This document shows, piece by piece, positions 14,279 to 28,083 of a DNA stretch of 64,000 bases. Source of the stretch: Eledone cirrhosa (taxonomy: Eukaryota); contig OZ024760.1 in the NCBI GenBank assembly GCA_964016885.1, positions 2,232,001 through 2,296,000 of the forward strand, in the 5' to 3' direction. A program made the position numbers and the translations under genes. Position 1 is the stretch's first letter; each line of letters starts with the position of its first letter. Under the pieces are notes generated by a model. It was not told the DNA's origin, searched no databases, and saw only the letters and a program-made list of their open reading frames with translations.

Positions 14279-14622
14279 ATGGAGGCACATGGCTTAATGG
14301 TTAGCGCATTGGCTTTGCAATCGAAAGGTTGTGAGTTCAATTCTCAGACCGGGTGATGTGTTGTTTCCGTGAGCAAGACACTTTATTTCACATTGCTCCA
14401 GTTTACTCAGCTGTAGAAATGAGATGATAGGGACTGGGGTCCTTATCATTCCACTGCAAAGTGGTCGTGGAGGTGCCACGGCAAAAAAGCACCCCGCACT
14501 CACTGTAAATGAGGTTGGTGTTAGGAAGGGCATCCAGCTGTAGAAATCAAGCCAGAATCAGTTCCCATCCCACCCTTGCAAGCAGGGAAAAGCGGACGTA
14601 AAATGATGATGATGATGATGAT
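14279..14622 (+). mobile_element. tRNA-derived SINE (family 1)
   Basis: atggaggcacatggc...gggaaaagcggacgtaaaatgatgat. Confidence 0.92.
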
Positions 14623-14964
14623 ATATGATATATATATATGGTATATATATTATATATATGATATATATATATATGGTATATATATTATATATGATATATA
14701 TATGATATATATATGATATATAATATACTAGAATTGTTCATATACTATGCACAAACGGTACAACGAAGAATCTGGTATATCTGAAAGATTTTTTTTACTG
14801 TTTTTTGTATCACACAGACACCACGGACTTGCCTCATACTGTAACCAGACAAACATCCAATACTGTCATTTTCTCTTTTACCTGTCTTCTCTTATCATCT
14901 ATTTACCCGGGCGAAGCTGGGTATGTCAGCTACTTATATATAATATATATATATTTATATATAT

Positions 14965-15366
14965 GTAGAAGTTATATTTAATTTGTTGGGATACAAATAT
15001 TTTTATAACTGATATAAAGCACTCAACAAATTTTTGGAGTAAAAATACAATATATTAACAAATGGAAACAATATTTATAAAACCATATTTATTTCATTAT
15101 ACATATTTCAAGGACACCAAAGCAAATTATGGTGCACTTTCATCAGATAAAATATAATATAGATCAGTTTTATAAACAAATATTGACATACCTTTCCAAC
15201 CAACATGGTCGCATTCTTTAAGGGTATGTCAATATTTGTTTATAAAAATGATCTATATTATATTTTATCTGATGAAAGTGCACCATAATTTGCTTTGGTG
15301 TCCTTGAAATATGTATAATGAAATAAATATGGTTTTATAAATATAGTTTCCATTTGTTAATATATT
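14965..15366. mobile_element. Fold-back hammerhead-bearing element (family A)
   Basis: About 145-bp inverted arms around 15193-15220. CTGATGA at 15269 ...GAAATATGTATA on +, mirrored on -. Confidence 0.8.
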
Positions 15367-15409
15367 ATATTTATATATATATATATATAACTAGCTGACA
15401 TACCCATAA

Positions 15410-15452
<43 letters not shown>

Positions 15453-15456
<4 letters not shown>

Positions 15457-15642
15457 AACAAGTAAGACCCCGACGGCTGAGCTCAAGCCGTTTCGACGGC
15501 TAATTCTGTACTGAATTAGCCGTCGAAACGGCTTGAGCTCAGCCATCGGGGTCTTACTTGTTCCTATTACCCACTCTACTACCCTAAGTATTGAGTACTT
15601 TGGTGCGTTATGGTCCACCTGGTTCCTTACCACATTTCCTTC

Positions 15643-15645
<3 letters not shown>
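15453..15645. mobile_element. Fold-back element (family E) carrying the hammerhead 3' half
   Basis: Near-perfect hairpin 15453-15566 with GAAACGGCT...AGCCGTC^GGGG. Related copies at 22860-23005, 31070-31260 and 33900-34045. Confidence 0.7.
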
Positions 15646-15705
<60 letters not shown>

Positions 15706-15797
15706 GATATGATATATATATATTATATATAAATCTCTCTCTCTCTATATATATATATAAATATATATATATATGTATGTATATGTATATATATATG

Positions 15798-15855
<58 letters not shown>

Positions 15856-16087
15856 GTACTTGAGGACACATGTTTCGCCCAATGAATTATTGACTCATAG
15901 GATACACACACAATATATATATATACATATAAATATATATATTATAATAATAATAAACAAGAAAGACGGTTTCATTGGTACATCCCTATTTATTTTGTTA
16001 TACGTATTTCAAAGACATAAGGCAGTTGTAAAATATATTTTCATATGCGTGCGTATGTGTGTGTGAGTATATATATATATGTTTGTA

Positions 16088-16176
<89 letters not shown>

Positions 16177-16204
16177 TATATACATATATTTATATATATG
16201 TATA

Positions 16205-16291
<87 letters not shown>

Positions 16292-16510
16292 AGGCTCATG
16301 CTGCCAATAAAAATACATGCACCCTTATGCATGAAAATGTATTTACAGGGGAGGCTGTTGAGGAAAAACAGATGCTTTTCTTAATTTGTCCTAGTATATA
16401 TTTATTTTGTGGTTAAAATTACTAATGTATGTAGACCTTTACACTTTCCTGTACAGAAATTGTAAAGGTCTTCATATTAACCAAATTGGTGGCATCGATA
16501 TAATGTGTAG

Positions 16511-17475
16511 CTCAGAGATAAGAGAGTCATTCCAGGTATAGCTGCTACTTCTCCCATTTGAGAGATCACTGCTCTGATACTATGAACATGTGGTTAGAAT
16601 GTTTCATGAAAGAATCACTGGAGAGATTTGTAGCTTGGAGATCAGAGTCACTCCAGATAAAGCTGCTACTTCTCCGCATTGAGAGATCACAGCTCCGATA
16701 CTATGGACATGTGGTTAGAATGTCTCATGAAAGAATCACTGGAGAGATTTGTAGCTTGGAGATCAGAGTCACTCCAGATAAAGCTGCTACTTCTCCGCAT
16801 TGAGAGATCACAGCTCCGATACTATGGACATGTGGTTAGAATGTCTCAGGAAAGAATCACTGGAGAGATTTGTAGCTTGGAGATCAGAGAGTCACTCCAG
16901 ATAGAGCTTCTACTTCTCTGCAATGAGAGATCACAGCTCTGATACTATGGGCATGTGGTTAGAATGTCTCAGGAAAGAATCACTGGAGAGATTTGTAGCT
17001 TGGAGATCAGAGAGTCACTCCAGATAGAGCTTCTACTTCTCTGCAATGAGAGATCACAGCTCTGATACTATAGGCATGTGGTCAGAATGTCTCAGGAAAG
17101 AATCACTGGAGAGATTTGTAGCTTGGAGATCAGAGTCACTCCAGATAGAGCTGCTACTTCTCCGCAATGAGAGATCACAGCTCTGATACTATGGGCATGT
17201 GGTTAGAATGTCTCAGGAAAGAATCCCTGGACAGATTTTACGGGTAAAACCAACAGGGAGGGGGACCCTGGGGTAGACCCCGAGCAAGATGGTTGGATTA
17301 CATCCATGAGCTTGGCTGGTCACGCTTGGAGATCCAGCTGGATCAATTGGAGACGGTTGCTTCTGACAGGACCTGCTGGGGGGAGTGTTTGGGGACCCTC
17401 TCAGGAATAAGTGGGAGAAGAAGAAGAAAAATAAAATAGCGAAAGAAGAAGAAGAAGAAGAAGAAGAAGAAGAGG
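16511..17475 (+). mobile_element. RTE-type LINE 3' fragment with a 121-123-bp segment repeated six times in tandem, plus a (GAA)n tail
   Basis: LLLRIERSQLRYYGHVVRMSQERI repeated, then VKPTGRGTLGRPRARWLDYI. Confidence 0.88.
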
Positions 17476-17650
17476 ATATATATAGGTATACGAGATATCG
17501 TTTTCAGTTCCCCTAGCTCAGGGTTCAATTTTTCACAATTGATAATTGAGAATAACAATTTCAAGACGACAACAACACAAGGTGATGAAACGTATGTAAA
17601 TGCTAGAAATAAACTTTACTGTACTGCTTATCTATGTTAATCCTCTTTTA

Positions 17651-17732
<82 letters not shown>

Positions 17733-17759
17733 AGTGTGTGTGTGTGTGTGTGTGTGTAT

Positions 17760-17945
17760 GTATCCTGGGTTCAATTGGGGTAACCACAGTAAGTAAGGTA
17801 CTCAATACGTAGTAGAGTATATACAATATTTAACATGGAAATGGCTTCTACAGGATTAGAACTGTTTCATTCGAAGGAAATCATCAAGAAAGCCTGCTGA
17901 GTACTTTACTTACTGTGGTTTACCTCCAATTGAACCAAGGATACA
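17760..17945. mobile_element. Diverged family B element with an inverted terminal copy
   Basis: gtaaccacagtaagtaaggtactca, repeated inverted at about 17898-17945. Degenerate TTGATGA...GAAACAGTT on the minus strand. Confidence 0.6.
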
Positions 17946-18280
17946 CACACACACACATGCACACACACACACACACATATCAACATCATCACCATCATTA
18001 TCATCATCATCACTGTTTAAAGAACAAACACAAAGCTAACCTGGAAGCGACATAAATTCCTCAACAAACATTTGATAAAGCTGCACTGAATCAAAATAAA
18101 TGGAGCTTAACTTGCTAGAAAGCCATAAAGACCTATGAAATACACCATCTGGATCACCATGAACAAAGAATTAGCTGTTGGACACCTTATATAACAGAAT
18201 CAACGAGAGAAGCCATTACTATATACGAGTGTGTACATATGAACATATATACATACATACTCACACACACAAACAAACAG

Positions 18281-18314
<34 letters not shown>

Positions 18315-18747
18315 CATCATTATTTTACGTCCGCTTTTCCCTTGCAAGGAAAAACATGGTTATATATATATATACATATATATACATATATATATATAGA
18401 GAGAGATACATACATACATATATATATGCATATGTAAATAGTATAATGCAGTAAATCTCAATAAATGGAGGTTAACCTGCTATTAAGCCATAAAAAATAT
18501 GAAAAAGACTGTCTGGATCATCATAAACAATTGAGAGCAAAGACAAAGTCTGAGTCTAAACATGGCAGTTATTATGTTTAATAATTCTCTAGCATGTCTC
18601 CTCTGTGAACTGATCTGTAAATTATTGGCTGGGTTAAAGTTACAGAAAGAAACATCAAAACTAAAAATAAAAGAAATAATCGCTGTTGGACCCACATATG
18701 TGAAAATCGATGGAAAAATCTATATGTGTGTGTGTATACCTATGTAG

Positions 18748-18782
<35 letters not shown>

Positions 18783-18869
18783 AACGGAAAAAATGAAACA
18801 AAATTTCATTTCCCACTCTTAGTACGGCCGTTACTTAAATACGTGTACATACTTATATTATATATATAT

Positions 18870-19078
18870 ATATAGATGAGATTCTACAGGACTAGAACTG
18901 TTTCATTCTTTAGAAATCATCAGGAATTAGAAATCATCAGGGATTCCTGATGATTGCTAAAGAATGAAACAGTTCTAGTCCTGTAGAATCTCATCTATAT
19001 TAAAACTGTTATACTCTGCTATGTATTGAGTACCTTACTTACTGTGGTTACCTCCGATTCAACCCGGAATAACGTACC
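18870..19078. mobile_element. Fold-back hammerhead element (family B)
   Basis: Inverted repeat 18870-19000 with back-to-back CTGATGA...GAAACAGTT cores. Confidence 0.75.
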
Positions 19079-19137
<59 letters not shown>

Positions 19138-19204
19138 ATATATATGTATGTGTGTGTGTGTAAGTGTATATATATATATATATATACATACATACATATA
19201 AGTG

Positions 19205-19258
<54 letters not shown>

Positions 19259-19416
19259 GTTGATTTAAAACTGCACTATCCACAAGTGTTTTTTAGCCTT
19301 CATATCATGTTCTCCTGTTTTATCTGATGAAAACACAAATATTATTGCATGATGATGTTTGTTTTTAAAATGCGCATAATAAAATACATGGAACTCCTTT
19401 AACCATCTTTTGATCT

Positions 19417-19471
<55 letters not shown>

Positions 19472-19478
19472 CATATAA

Positions 19479-19535
<57 letters not shown>

Positions 19536-19823
19536 TGTGTGTGTGTCAATGACACAGCAGTCCACACTGTAAGGTGGTAGTGTAGGAGACACGGTAAAAT
19601 GGGCTCCCGGTCCACACTGTAAATGTGGTTGGTGTTAGGAAGGGCATCCAGCTGTAAAAAACCTGCCAGAGACACTTCCGTACGAGCGAGACACAGTCTC
19701 CCGACCATTCCCACATCAGATGGAACAAAACCATCTAACCCATGCTAAACGATGATGATGATGATATCCATGCCAGCGTGGAAAAATGGATGTTAAACAG
19801 TGGTCATGATGATGACGATATAT

Positions 19824-20150
19824 ATCATCATCATCATCATCATTTTACGTCCGCTTTTCCCTGCTTGCAAGGGTGGGACGGGAACTGATTCTGGCTTGAT
19901 TTCTACAGCTGGATGCCCTTCCTAACACCAACCTCATTTACAGTGATGGCTGGGTGCTTTTTTGCCACGACACCTCCACGACCACTTCGCAGTGGAATGA
20001 TAGGGACCCCAGTCCCCATCATCTCATTTCTACAGCTGAGTAAACTGGAGCAATGTGAAATAAAGTGTCTTGCTCAAGGAAACAACACATCAGCCGGTCT
20101 GAGAATTGAACTCACAACCTGTCGATTGCAAGGCCAATGCTCTAACCTTT
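19824..20150 (-). mobile_element. tRNA-derived SINE (family 1)
   Basis: Reverse-complement copy of the same consensus. Confidence 0.9.
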
Positions 20151-20388
20151 AAGGGTATGTCAATATTTATTTATAAAACTGATCTATATTATATTTTATC
20201 TGATGAAAGCACACCATAATTTAACTTGGTGTCCTTGAAATATGTATAATGAAATAAATATGGTTTTATAAATATAGTTTCCATTTGTTAATATCGTATT
20301 TTTACTCCAAATATTTGTTGAGTGCTTTATATCAGTTATAAAAATATTTGCTTGTTGTATCCCAACAATTTAAATAGAACTTTTACAT
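20151..20388 (+). mobile_element. Hammerhead-bearing element (family A), single copy
   Basis: ttttat-CTGATGA(20200)-aagcacacca...tggtgtcctt-GAAA(20237)-tatgta-TA-atgaaa, ending in (TA)n. Confidence 0.75.
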
Positions 20389-20397
20389 ATATATATA

Positions 20398-20438
<41 letters not shown>

Positions 20439-21077
20439 TCATTTAGCGTCCATTTCCCACGCTAGCATGGGTAGGACGGGCTGCCCTTTTCGGAGAGATC
20501 TGGTCGGAGGACAATGTTTCACCCATACAGGCCGGATTTTGGGTTGGCTTCTACAGCTGGATGCCCTTCCTTACATCAACCACATTTACAGTGTGTGCTG
20601 GGTGCTTTTTGTCATGACACCTACACAACCACTTTATATATATATATATATACATCATCATCATTGCATAAAGTCTATTTTTCCATGCTTGCATGGCTTA
20701 GACAGATTGGCCACATCATGAGACAAATCTGACCAGTTGGCCGTGCTGTGCCTTGGTCAGACAGAACTGTAATTTGGCAGGGATTTTTACAGCTGGATGC
20801 CCTTTCCTAACAACAGCCACATTTACAATGTGGGACTAGGTGGCACTAGATGTCAACATGAATGGACCTGTTGTTTTTATCTAAAGACATTTTTTTTCCA
20901 ATTCCAACCCGCCCATCCCCTCAATCTATCTTATTTCTCATTGTTTCTTCTGATGAAGGACTAGCGTCCAAAACATTAAGACCTTCTTCCTCTATTTCAA
21001 GCGTTAACCTAATATATCCCTTCCATATACTGTACCGATTGTGTTGTTATTTCTGTTTACCTTTTACATACATAAAC

Positions 21078-21128
<51 letters not shown>

Positions 21129-21367
21129 ATAATAATAAATTAGAAGACTAAAATCCAAAGAGGATTTATCCAATAAGGATAAATATATATCAAATATATA
21201 AGAACCGTAGAGCAAATATTTATTAAAATAACAGATTAAAGTTTAAGCAAAGAATCGCTGCTTTCACCCTTTCAGAAGATCCTGGTAAGGGTGAAAGCAG
21301 CGATTCTTTGCTTAAACTTTAATCTGTTATTTTAATAAATATAAAATATATATATATATATATATAT

Positions 21368-21398
<31 letters not shown>

Positions 21399-21402
21399 AT
21401 AT

Positions 21403-21444
<42 letters not shown>

Positions 21445-21772
21445 AACTTATACTAGCATGGAGGAAATATGGATGTTAAACAGTGATGATGATATATATA
21501 TATATATATACACATATGCGAATAGTATAATGCATTTAGCATTTATTAATAACATGTATTATAGCCTGTAAAATCCTAATGCATACGAGAATAGTTTAAT
21601 TGCATCCTTCAATCTATTAGGGGAGGTTAATGCATCCCTTAATGGCCCAATATAGTTATCAATAATTTAGTATATTTTATTGATGTATGCATGTATGTGT
21701 ATATATATATATATATGTATAGATGTCGGGTTCAATTCAATCTATCTATATATGTATTCAATATATATATAT

Positions 21773-22120
21773 ATGGAGGCACATGGCTTAGTGGTTAGAG
21801 AATTGGCCTTGCAATCGAAAGGTTGTGAGTTCAATTCTCAGACCGGGTGATGTGTTGTTTCCTTGAGCAAGACACTTTATTTCACATTGCTCCAGTTTAC
21901 TCAGCTGTATAAATGAAATGATAGGGACTGGAGTCCCTATCATTCCACTGCAAAGTGGTCGTGGAGGTGCCACGGCAAAAAAGCACCCAGCACTCACTGT
22001 AAATGAGGTTGGTGTTAGGAAGGGCATCCAGCTGTAGAAATCAAGCCAGAATCAGTTCCCGTCCCACCCTTGCAAGCAGGGAAAAGCGGACGTAAAAAGA
22101 AATGATGAAATGATGATGAT
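21773..22120 (+). mobile_element. tRNA-derived SINE (family 1)
   Basis: Full-length copy of the same consensus. Confidence 0.92.
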
Positions 22121-23076
22121 ATATATATATATATATATAGATAAATTTCTTTATTAGCCACAAGGGCACAAAAGAAGGGGACAAATACAAATGGGGAGTT
22201 TACAGACAGGTATATGAAAATAAAACTATTAATACAATAACAAATAACAATTGAAATCTCCAATAAGGGGGGGGGGGAGGTGTTACACAGGGGTTGTACA
22301 CGCCGCGAAAAAATGTACAACCCTCATCTCCAGGAGTACCAAGAGTGAGTACTCCCTTCCTCTCTTCCTCTTTTTCCTCAACCTACAGGCTTATATAGAG
22401 AGAAGGCCCAACCACTCGGGCGATCTTTGCCACATTCACCCACCTTTTATAAAATTTGCTGGGGTATAGCACCTCTCTCTCCATCCTCTATCACCATCCG
22501 TCCTCTATCCATCCTCTATCCATCCTCTCTCAGCACCTCTCTATCCATATATATATAGATAGATATGTTTCTTTATTAGCCACAGGGGCACAAAAGAAGG
22601 GGACAAATACAAAGGGGGAAGTTTACATACAATAAAAACGTGTAAAATATTATCACAAATGCAATTTAAAAATTAGTCGATTTTCCCCAATAGAGGGAGA
22701 GTTCATATTGGTAACACAGACCCCCGAAAAAATGTGCAACCCTCATCTCCAGGAGTGCGAAGAGTTTGTACTCTTTCCTCTCCTCCTCCTTTTCCTCAAC
22801 CTACAGGCTGATATAGAGAGAATATATAGATAGATAGATAGATAGATAGATAGATTGGGTGTGGTAAAATACCAGGTGGACCATAACCTACAAGAGTACT
22901 AGATATTTGGGGTAGTAGGTTGGGTAATATGAAAAGATTCAAGACCCCGACAGCTGAGCTCCGGCTGTTTCGAGCTCAGCCGTCGGAGTCCTGAATCTTT
23001 TCATATATGAGGACGAGTAGGCAGTTCGTTCGAGACGGAGACCGTGAAAATTGCAAACTTGACTCACCACAGAATA

Positions 23077-23115
23077 TGAACCTGAAGATTGCGAAAGCAT
23101 GAAAGTACTTGTTCA
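23077..23115 (+). ncRNA. Minimal type I hammerhead ribozyme
   Basis: tgaac-CTGAAGA-t-tgc-gaaa-gca-t-GAAA-gtac-TT^gttca. All core nucleotides present and stems I and II paired. Confidence 0.72.
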
Positions 23116-23330
23116 ATTAACACTTAACATTTAATATTCTACCATACTATTTCATTCTAATACCATTATAAATTTTAAAGGATTGTAAATAAAAGGAGTA
23201 AATCAGACAAAGTTGGAATTCCTTTTATTAATATAATCTTCTATACACAATCATACACACCCGTGTATATTTATTTATATATATATCTATATCTATATAC
23301 AAGCATAAATATATATATATATATATATAT

Positions 23331-23710
23331 ATGGAGGCACATGGCTCCAATCGAAAGGTTGTGAGTTCAATTCTCAGACCGGGTGATGTGTTGTTTCCTT
23401 GAGCAAGACACTTTATTTCACATTGCTCCAGTTTACTCAGCTGTAGAATTGAGATGATAGGGACTGGGTTCCCTATCATTCCACTGCAAAGTGGTCGTGG
23501 AGGTGCCACGGCAAAAAAAGCACCCAGCCCACACTGTAAAGTGGTCGTGGAGGTGCCACGGAAAAAAAGTACCCAGCACTCACTGTAAATGAGATTGGTG
23601 TTAAGAAGGGCATCCAGCTGTAGAAATCAAGCCAGAATCAGTTGCCGTCCCACCCTTGCAAGCAGGGAAAAGCGGATGTAAAATGAAATGATGATGATGA
23701 TGAAATGATG
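23331..23710 (+). mobile_element. tRNA-derived SINE (family 1) with a head deletion and internal duplication
   Basis: Same consensus with a duplicated ccactg...gtgccacgg module. Confidence 0.9.
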
Positions 23711-24099
23711 ATATATATACAAGCATATATATATATATATATATATACAAGCATATATATATGCTTGTATATATATATATATATAGATAGACTTAAATGT
23801 TTAATGTAATGCAGTCATAGTTGCTTTCATGCAATTGGTTATTTCAAATATTTATAGTATCCTTAATAGTGGAAAATCATTGCTAAAATTTGCAGTAATC
23901 GATGAAAGAAAAACTTCAATTTTTAATGTGATGCAGTCACCATATTATTTTATACTCTTCAAGAATGTAGTTTCATGTGGTTGCTTAATTTAAATGTGTA
24001 TAGTATCTTTACTAGTGAACAGATTATTGCGAAAATTTGCAGTATTACAGTAAAGACTTCAATTGTTAATGATGCAGTCATAGTTCTGTTTTATATTTT

Positions 24100-24710
24100 T
24101 TCAAGAAAAATTATTAACCATCTTGCCAACAACAACCCTGAGCACCTTTTTGATTTCCATGTGTCTAACACACGTGGGCATGCCTACAAAGTCAAAAAAC
24201 AGCACAGCTCCCATGCCTTTTGGAAACATTTTTTCACACTCAGAGTTGCTGAAGCATGGAACAAACTCCCTGCATCAGCTGTTAGCTGCCGAAACACTGC
24301 ATCCTTTAAAACCTCCATGCTTCCTGAAATTCACCAACACTACACCTGATATCCTTCCCTCCATACACACGCACACATGTATATCATGACTCATACACTG
24401 TTCACTTTCCTGACATTTGTACATTATTCTATGTACTAACCGGGTGTGGATTAGCAGTATCGGTAGAGCGTCGGATACCGTGCTTTCCAGCATAGTTACG
24501 TCCTCCCTTTACGGTCTGAGTTCAAATCCCGCCGAGGTTAACTTTGCCTTTCATCCTTACGGGGTCGATAAAATAAAGTACCAGTAATGTACTGGGTAAT
24601 TGATGGCCTTGTGCCAAAAGTAGAAACAATTATTCTATGTACTATACATGCACCTTTGATGAGTTGTAGTGCACCTGAGTACTGTACACAATAATTTCAT
24701 TATTATTATA
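24100..24710 (+). mobile_element. CR1/L2-type LINE 3' fragment
   Basis: NTRGHAYKVKKQHS...FFTLRVAEAWNKLP...SFK, the typical CR1 ORF2 C-terminus. (ATT)n tail near 24700. Confidence 0.85.
24439..24628 (+). mobile_element. SINE family 2 inserted into a CR1 3' end with a 16-bp TSD
   Basis: TSD attattctatgtacta at 24423-24438 and 24629-24644. Central gcctttcatccttacggggtcgataaa domain. Other copies at 6490-6680(-), 8470-8620(-), 32310-32500(+), 59530-59715(-) and 60800-60920(-). Confidence 0.88.
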
Positions 24711-24997
24711 AGAATGTCTCTTGTTAATGTGGTTTCATGTAGTACAGGATGTTAAGAGTTAAAGGTGTGGTGTCACTCCTCTTATAGAATTAAATATATT
24801 AACATATTACAAGTCTGAAATACAAAGCCGATACTAGAAAAACTAAAATTTATATCTAAATATTCTGTTATGCCTTCATTCAGTTTTTTTTATCACATGA
24901 ATGAATACTAAAACCACACACATATATAAACATAAATTTATATATAAACACACACTTATATATATATATACACACACATATACGCATATATATATAA

Positions 24998-25052
<55 letters not shown>

Positions 25053-25145
25053 CATATATACATATATTGGGTCCTCAAGCATGAAATCTATAGAAATTTG
25101 TTTTTTTCTACAAATTTCATAGTTGACGACCCAATATATACACAC

Positions 25146-25205
<60 letters not shown>

Positions 25206-25343
25206 GCACACTTATATATACATATACATACATATGTACATACATACTTACATACATACATGCTTGCATAGAAACATACATACATCTGTCAAGAGAAAAG
25301 ATATGAAGAAACATAATGGTAAATAACAAGAATTACTACTTAC

Positions 25344-25406
25344 CGTTAATGTTATAATTTGGTCAAATAACATTGCTGGCGCCATGTGAAAATCAAACAC
25401 AAAATA
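25344..25406 (-). CDS. OTOF: Otoferlin C2B exon, 63 bp, phase 0 to 0
   Basis: ttacag|TATTTTGTG...TTAACG|gtaagt. Encodes YFVFDFHMAPAMLFDQIITLT (otoferlin [21 protein letters not shown]). Confidence 0.95.
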
Positions 25407-26699
25407 CTGTAATAAAAAGAAGAGAAATTCTTTAAAAATCAATACTTTTTTAAACAAAGAATTTGAATTCCATAATTACTATATAGACAAGTAGAAAAAA
25501 TTACAATAAAATCTAAGAATTTTGGTATGGAAACCTGATACTTTAACTCGGTTGATACCAACCTGTTCAAAACCAGCCCTGGTTCTATGAAACAAAACTT
25601 CATTTTAAAGAGTTCTTGTTCAATTATAATTTAACAATTGATATGGAAGATTTTAATTTAAATAAGAACCCTTTAAAATAAGTGGTTATGTTTCATAAAA
25701 CCAGAGGTTGTTTGGAATAGTCAGTATCAAAATGGCTGATGAAGAATTTGAAGGGATTTACTAAAGTTATTTGGTATATATAACAAAATTTTACAAATAA
25801 TATGGAAAATTTTTTATGTATACCAAAAACCTTCCATAACATGTATTAAATACCAAATAATTTTAATAAATCCCTTCAAATTCTTCATCAACCAATTTGA
25901 TACTAACTCTAAAAAGGTGCAGAGCACTAAAAGTCGATGGAAGCCTTGGAGTGGGGAGACCCTGGAAGACCTGGGATGAGGTGATAAAAGCTGACCTTGC
26001 CCAATTGCACCTCTCAAAGGTGATGACTCAGGACTGAGACCTTTGGCCTTATGCAGTAATACAGAAGACCTGACTTCCCACGGGTAGAAGCTGAAGCATA
26101 TAGACAGTATGTCCCCACCCCCTCCCACTGCAAAGTGGTCGTGGAGGTGTCACGACAAAAAGCACCCAGTCCACACTGTAAAGTGGTTGTGTAGGCGCCA
26201 CAGTAAAAAAGCATCCAGTACTCACTGTAAATGAGGTTGGTGTTAGGAAGAGCAACCAGCTGTAGAAATCAAGCCCAAATCAGTTCCCGTATGAGCAAGA
26301 CATGGTCACCTGACCCGGTATTGCCCACAACAGGACAACCTCTCTAACCCATGCTAGCATGGAAGAATGGACATAAAATGGTGATGATGATGATGTTCCA
26401 AATACCATCTGTTTCCATGAAATAAACCCATACATATCAAAAGTTCCTACTCAGATTGAAATCTTCCAACATAATTTCATATAAGAACTATATATTAACT
26501 ATCTTAGTAATGAAATAATTTATACGTTTAATAAATCCCTCAAAATTCTTCATTAATTACTTTAATTACTTGAAATACAGGTTTCTTATTTAAATTAAAC
26601 TCTTCCATCCTAATCTTATATAAGAACCATATATTAAGTTACCATCTTAATAATGAAATAATTAATAATTTTAGTAAATCCCTCAAAATTCATCATTAA

Positions 26700-26921
26700 C
26701 CCTTTAGCATTTTACATTATTCTATATTTACTATTGTATTTTTATGGTAAACGTTTTTTTTCACATAATTATCTCACACAATATCAAATCTACGAGAATT
26801 TGATATTATTTATTTTGAGAACAATACCTTAACAAAAGTATGAGCAGCTGGTTAAGGCCAGTTTTAACAGAAAGAGGTGAGAGAATTCTGGCCAGATATG
26901 GCCAATTTAAATGCTAAAGGG
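26700..26921. mobile_element. piggyBac-like MITE (222 bp)
   Basis: TTAA|CCCTTTAGCATTT...AAATGCTAAAGGG|TTAA. Confidence 0.88.
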
Positions 26922-28046
26922 TTAATCCTTTTAATACCAAAACCTTTTAATACCAAACTGCCCACAAGTGTCCCAAACCAGCTCTGGTTCTATGAAGTAA
27001 AACCACCCATAATAAAGGGTTCCCAATTAAATTTAAAAATCTAATACAGTTATTTGTTATGTTATATATGTAACAAAAGAAATCTTCCTGCAGTTCCTCT
27101 CACTGACTTGGCCAATAAAAATGACCTTTGACCATACTTAGAGAAAAACACATGAAGAATCTGGATGCTAGGTTTAGCGATGCCAAGGAAAGAGAAGATA
27201 GCAGGAGGTCATAGGTCAATATAAATAGGCTGTCCTGAGGGGACAGAGAGAGAGAATTTTCTATCACCAAAATAAGACGTTACCTTAACTGACAAGTTAA
27301 GGTAACGTCTTATTCAACCTTTGGCCAGTTTGAACAGAAAGAGGTAAGAGAATTCTGGCCAGACACGGCCAGTTTAATGAAGACAGTGGTAGTGATAATA
27401 ATGGTAATGTTGGTTCTGATGGCCATGATACATATTGATTTAGCAGTAAATATCTAAAACCCCAGGTCTTGATAAAACCCTTTTGATACCAACCTGCCCA
27501 AAAGGACCCATTTAAAAGGGTTTTCTATTTAACCCTTTACCATTCATATTACTCTATATTTACTATTGTATTTTCACAGTAAAGGATTTATCTCACATAA
27601 TGCCGAATCTATGAGATTTTGATATTATTCATTTTAAGAACCTAACCTTAACATCAGTATGAGCAACCAGTTATGGCCGGTCTAAATAGAAAGAGGTGAA
27701 AGAATTCTGGTCAGATATGGCTGCTCTAAATGCTAAAGGGTTGAATAAGACGTTACCGTAGGCAAGGACTACTACCTAGTTGCTAAGACTAATGAAGGAT
27801 ATCTTGCCATACTCTATTTCAGCATAACGAAATAACAACAAAAACATCGTCAACTTCTATGATTTGTAGTAATCTTATTCCTTGTCCCTTTATTCACTGA
27901 AGTGAAGTAAATTTCATATTTAAACGAAACCATCTATTTTGTCGTGTTATTTCACCTCTAACAACACTTACTAACTTCGCTTCACTTCATAAATACCCTC
28001 TTAATGAAATGATTGATATTTGATGACACTGTAAATATATATACAT

Positions 28047-28083
<37 letters not shown>

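Noticed and set aside
21773-21850. tRNA-Cys-like sequence (ttGCAat loop, A/B boxes)
   Set aside because: It is the head of a multi-copy SINE, continuous with the body and tail, with a poor acceptor stem.
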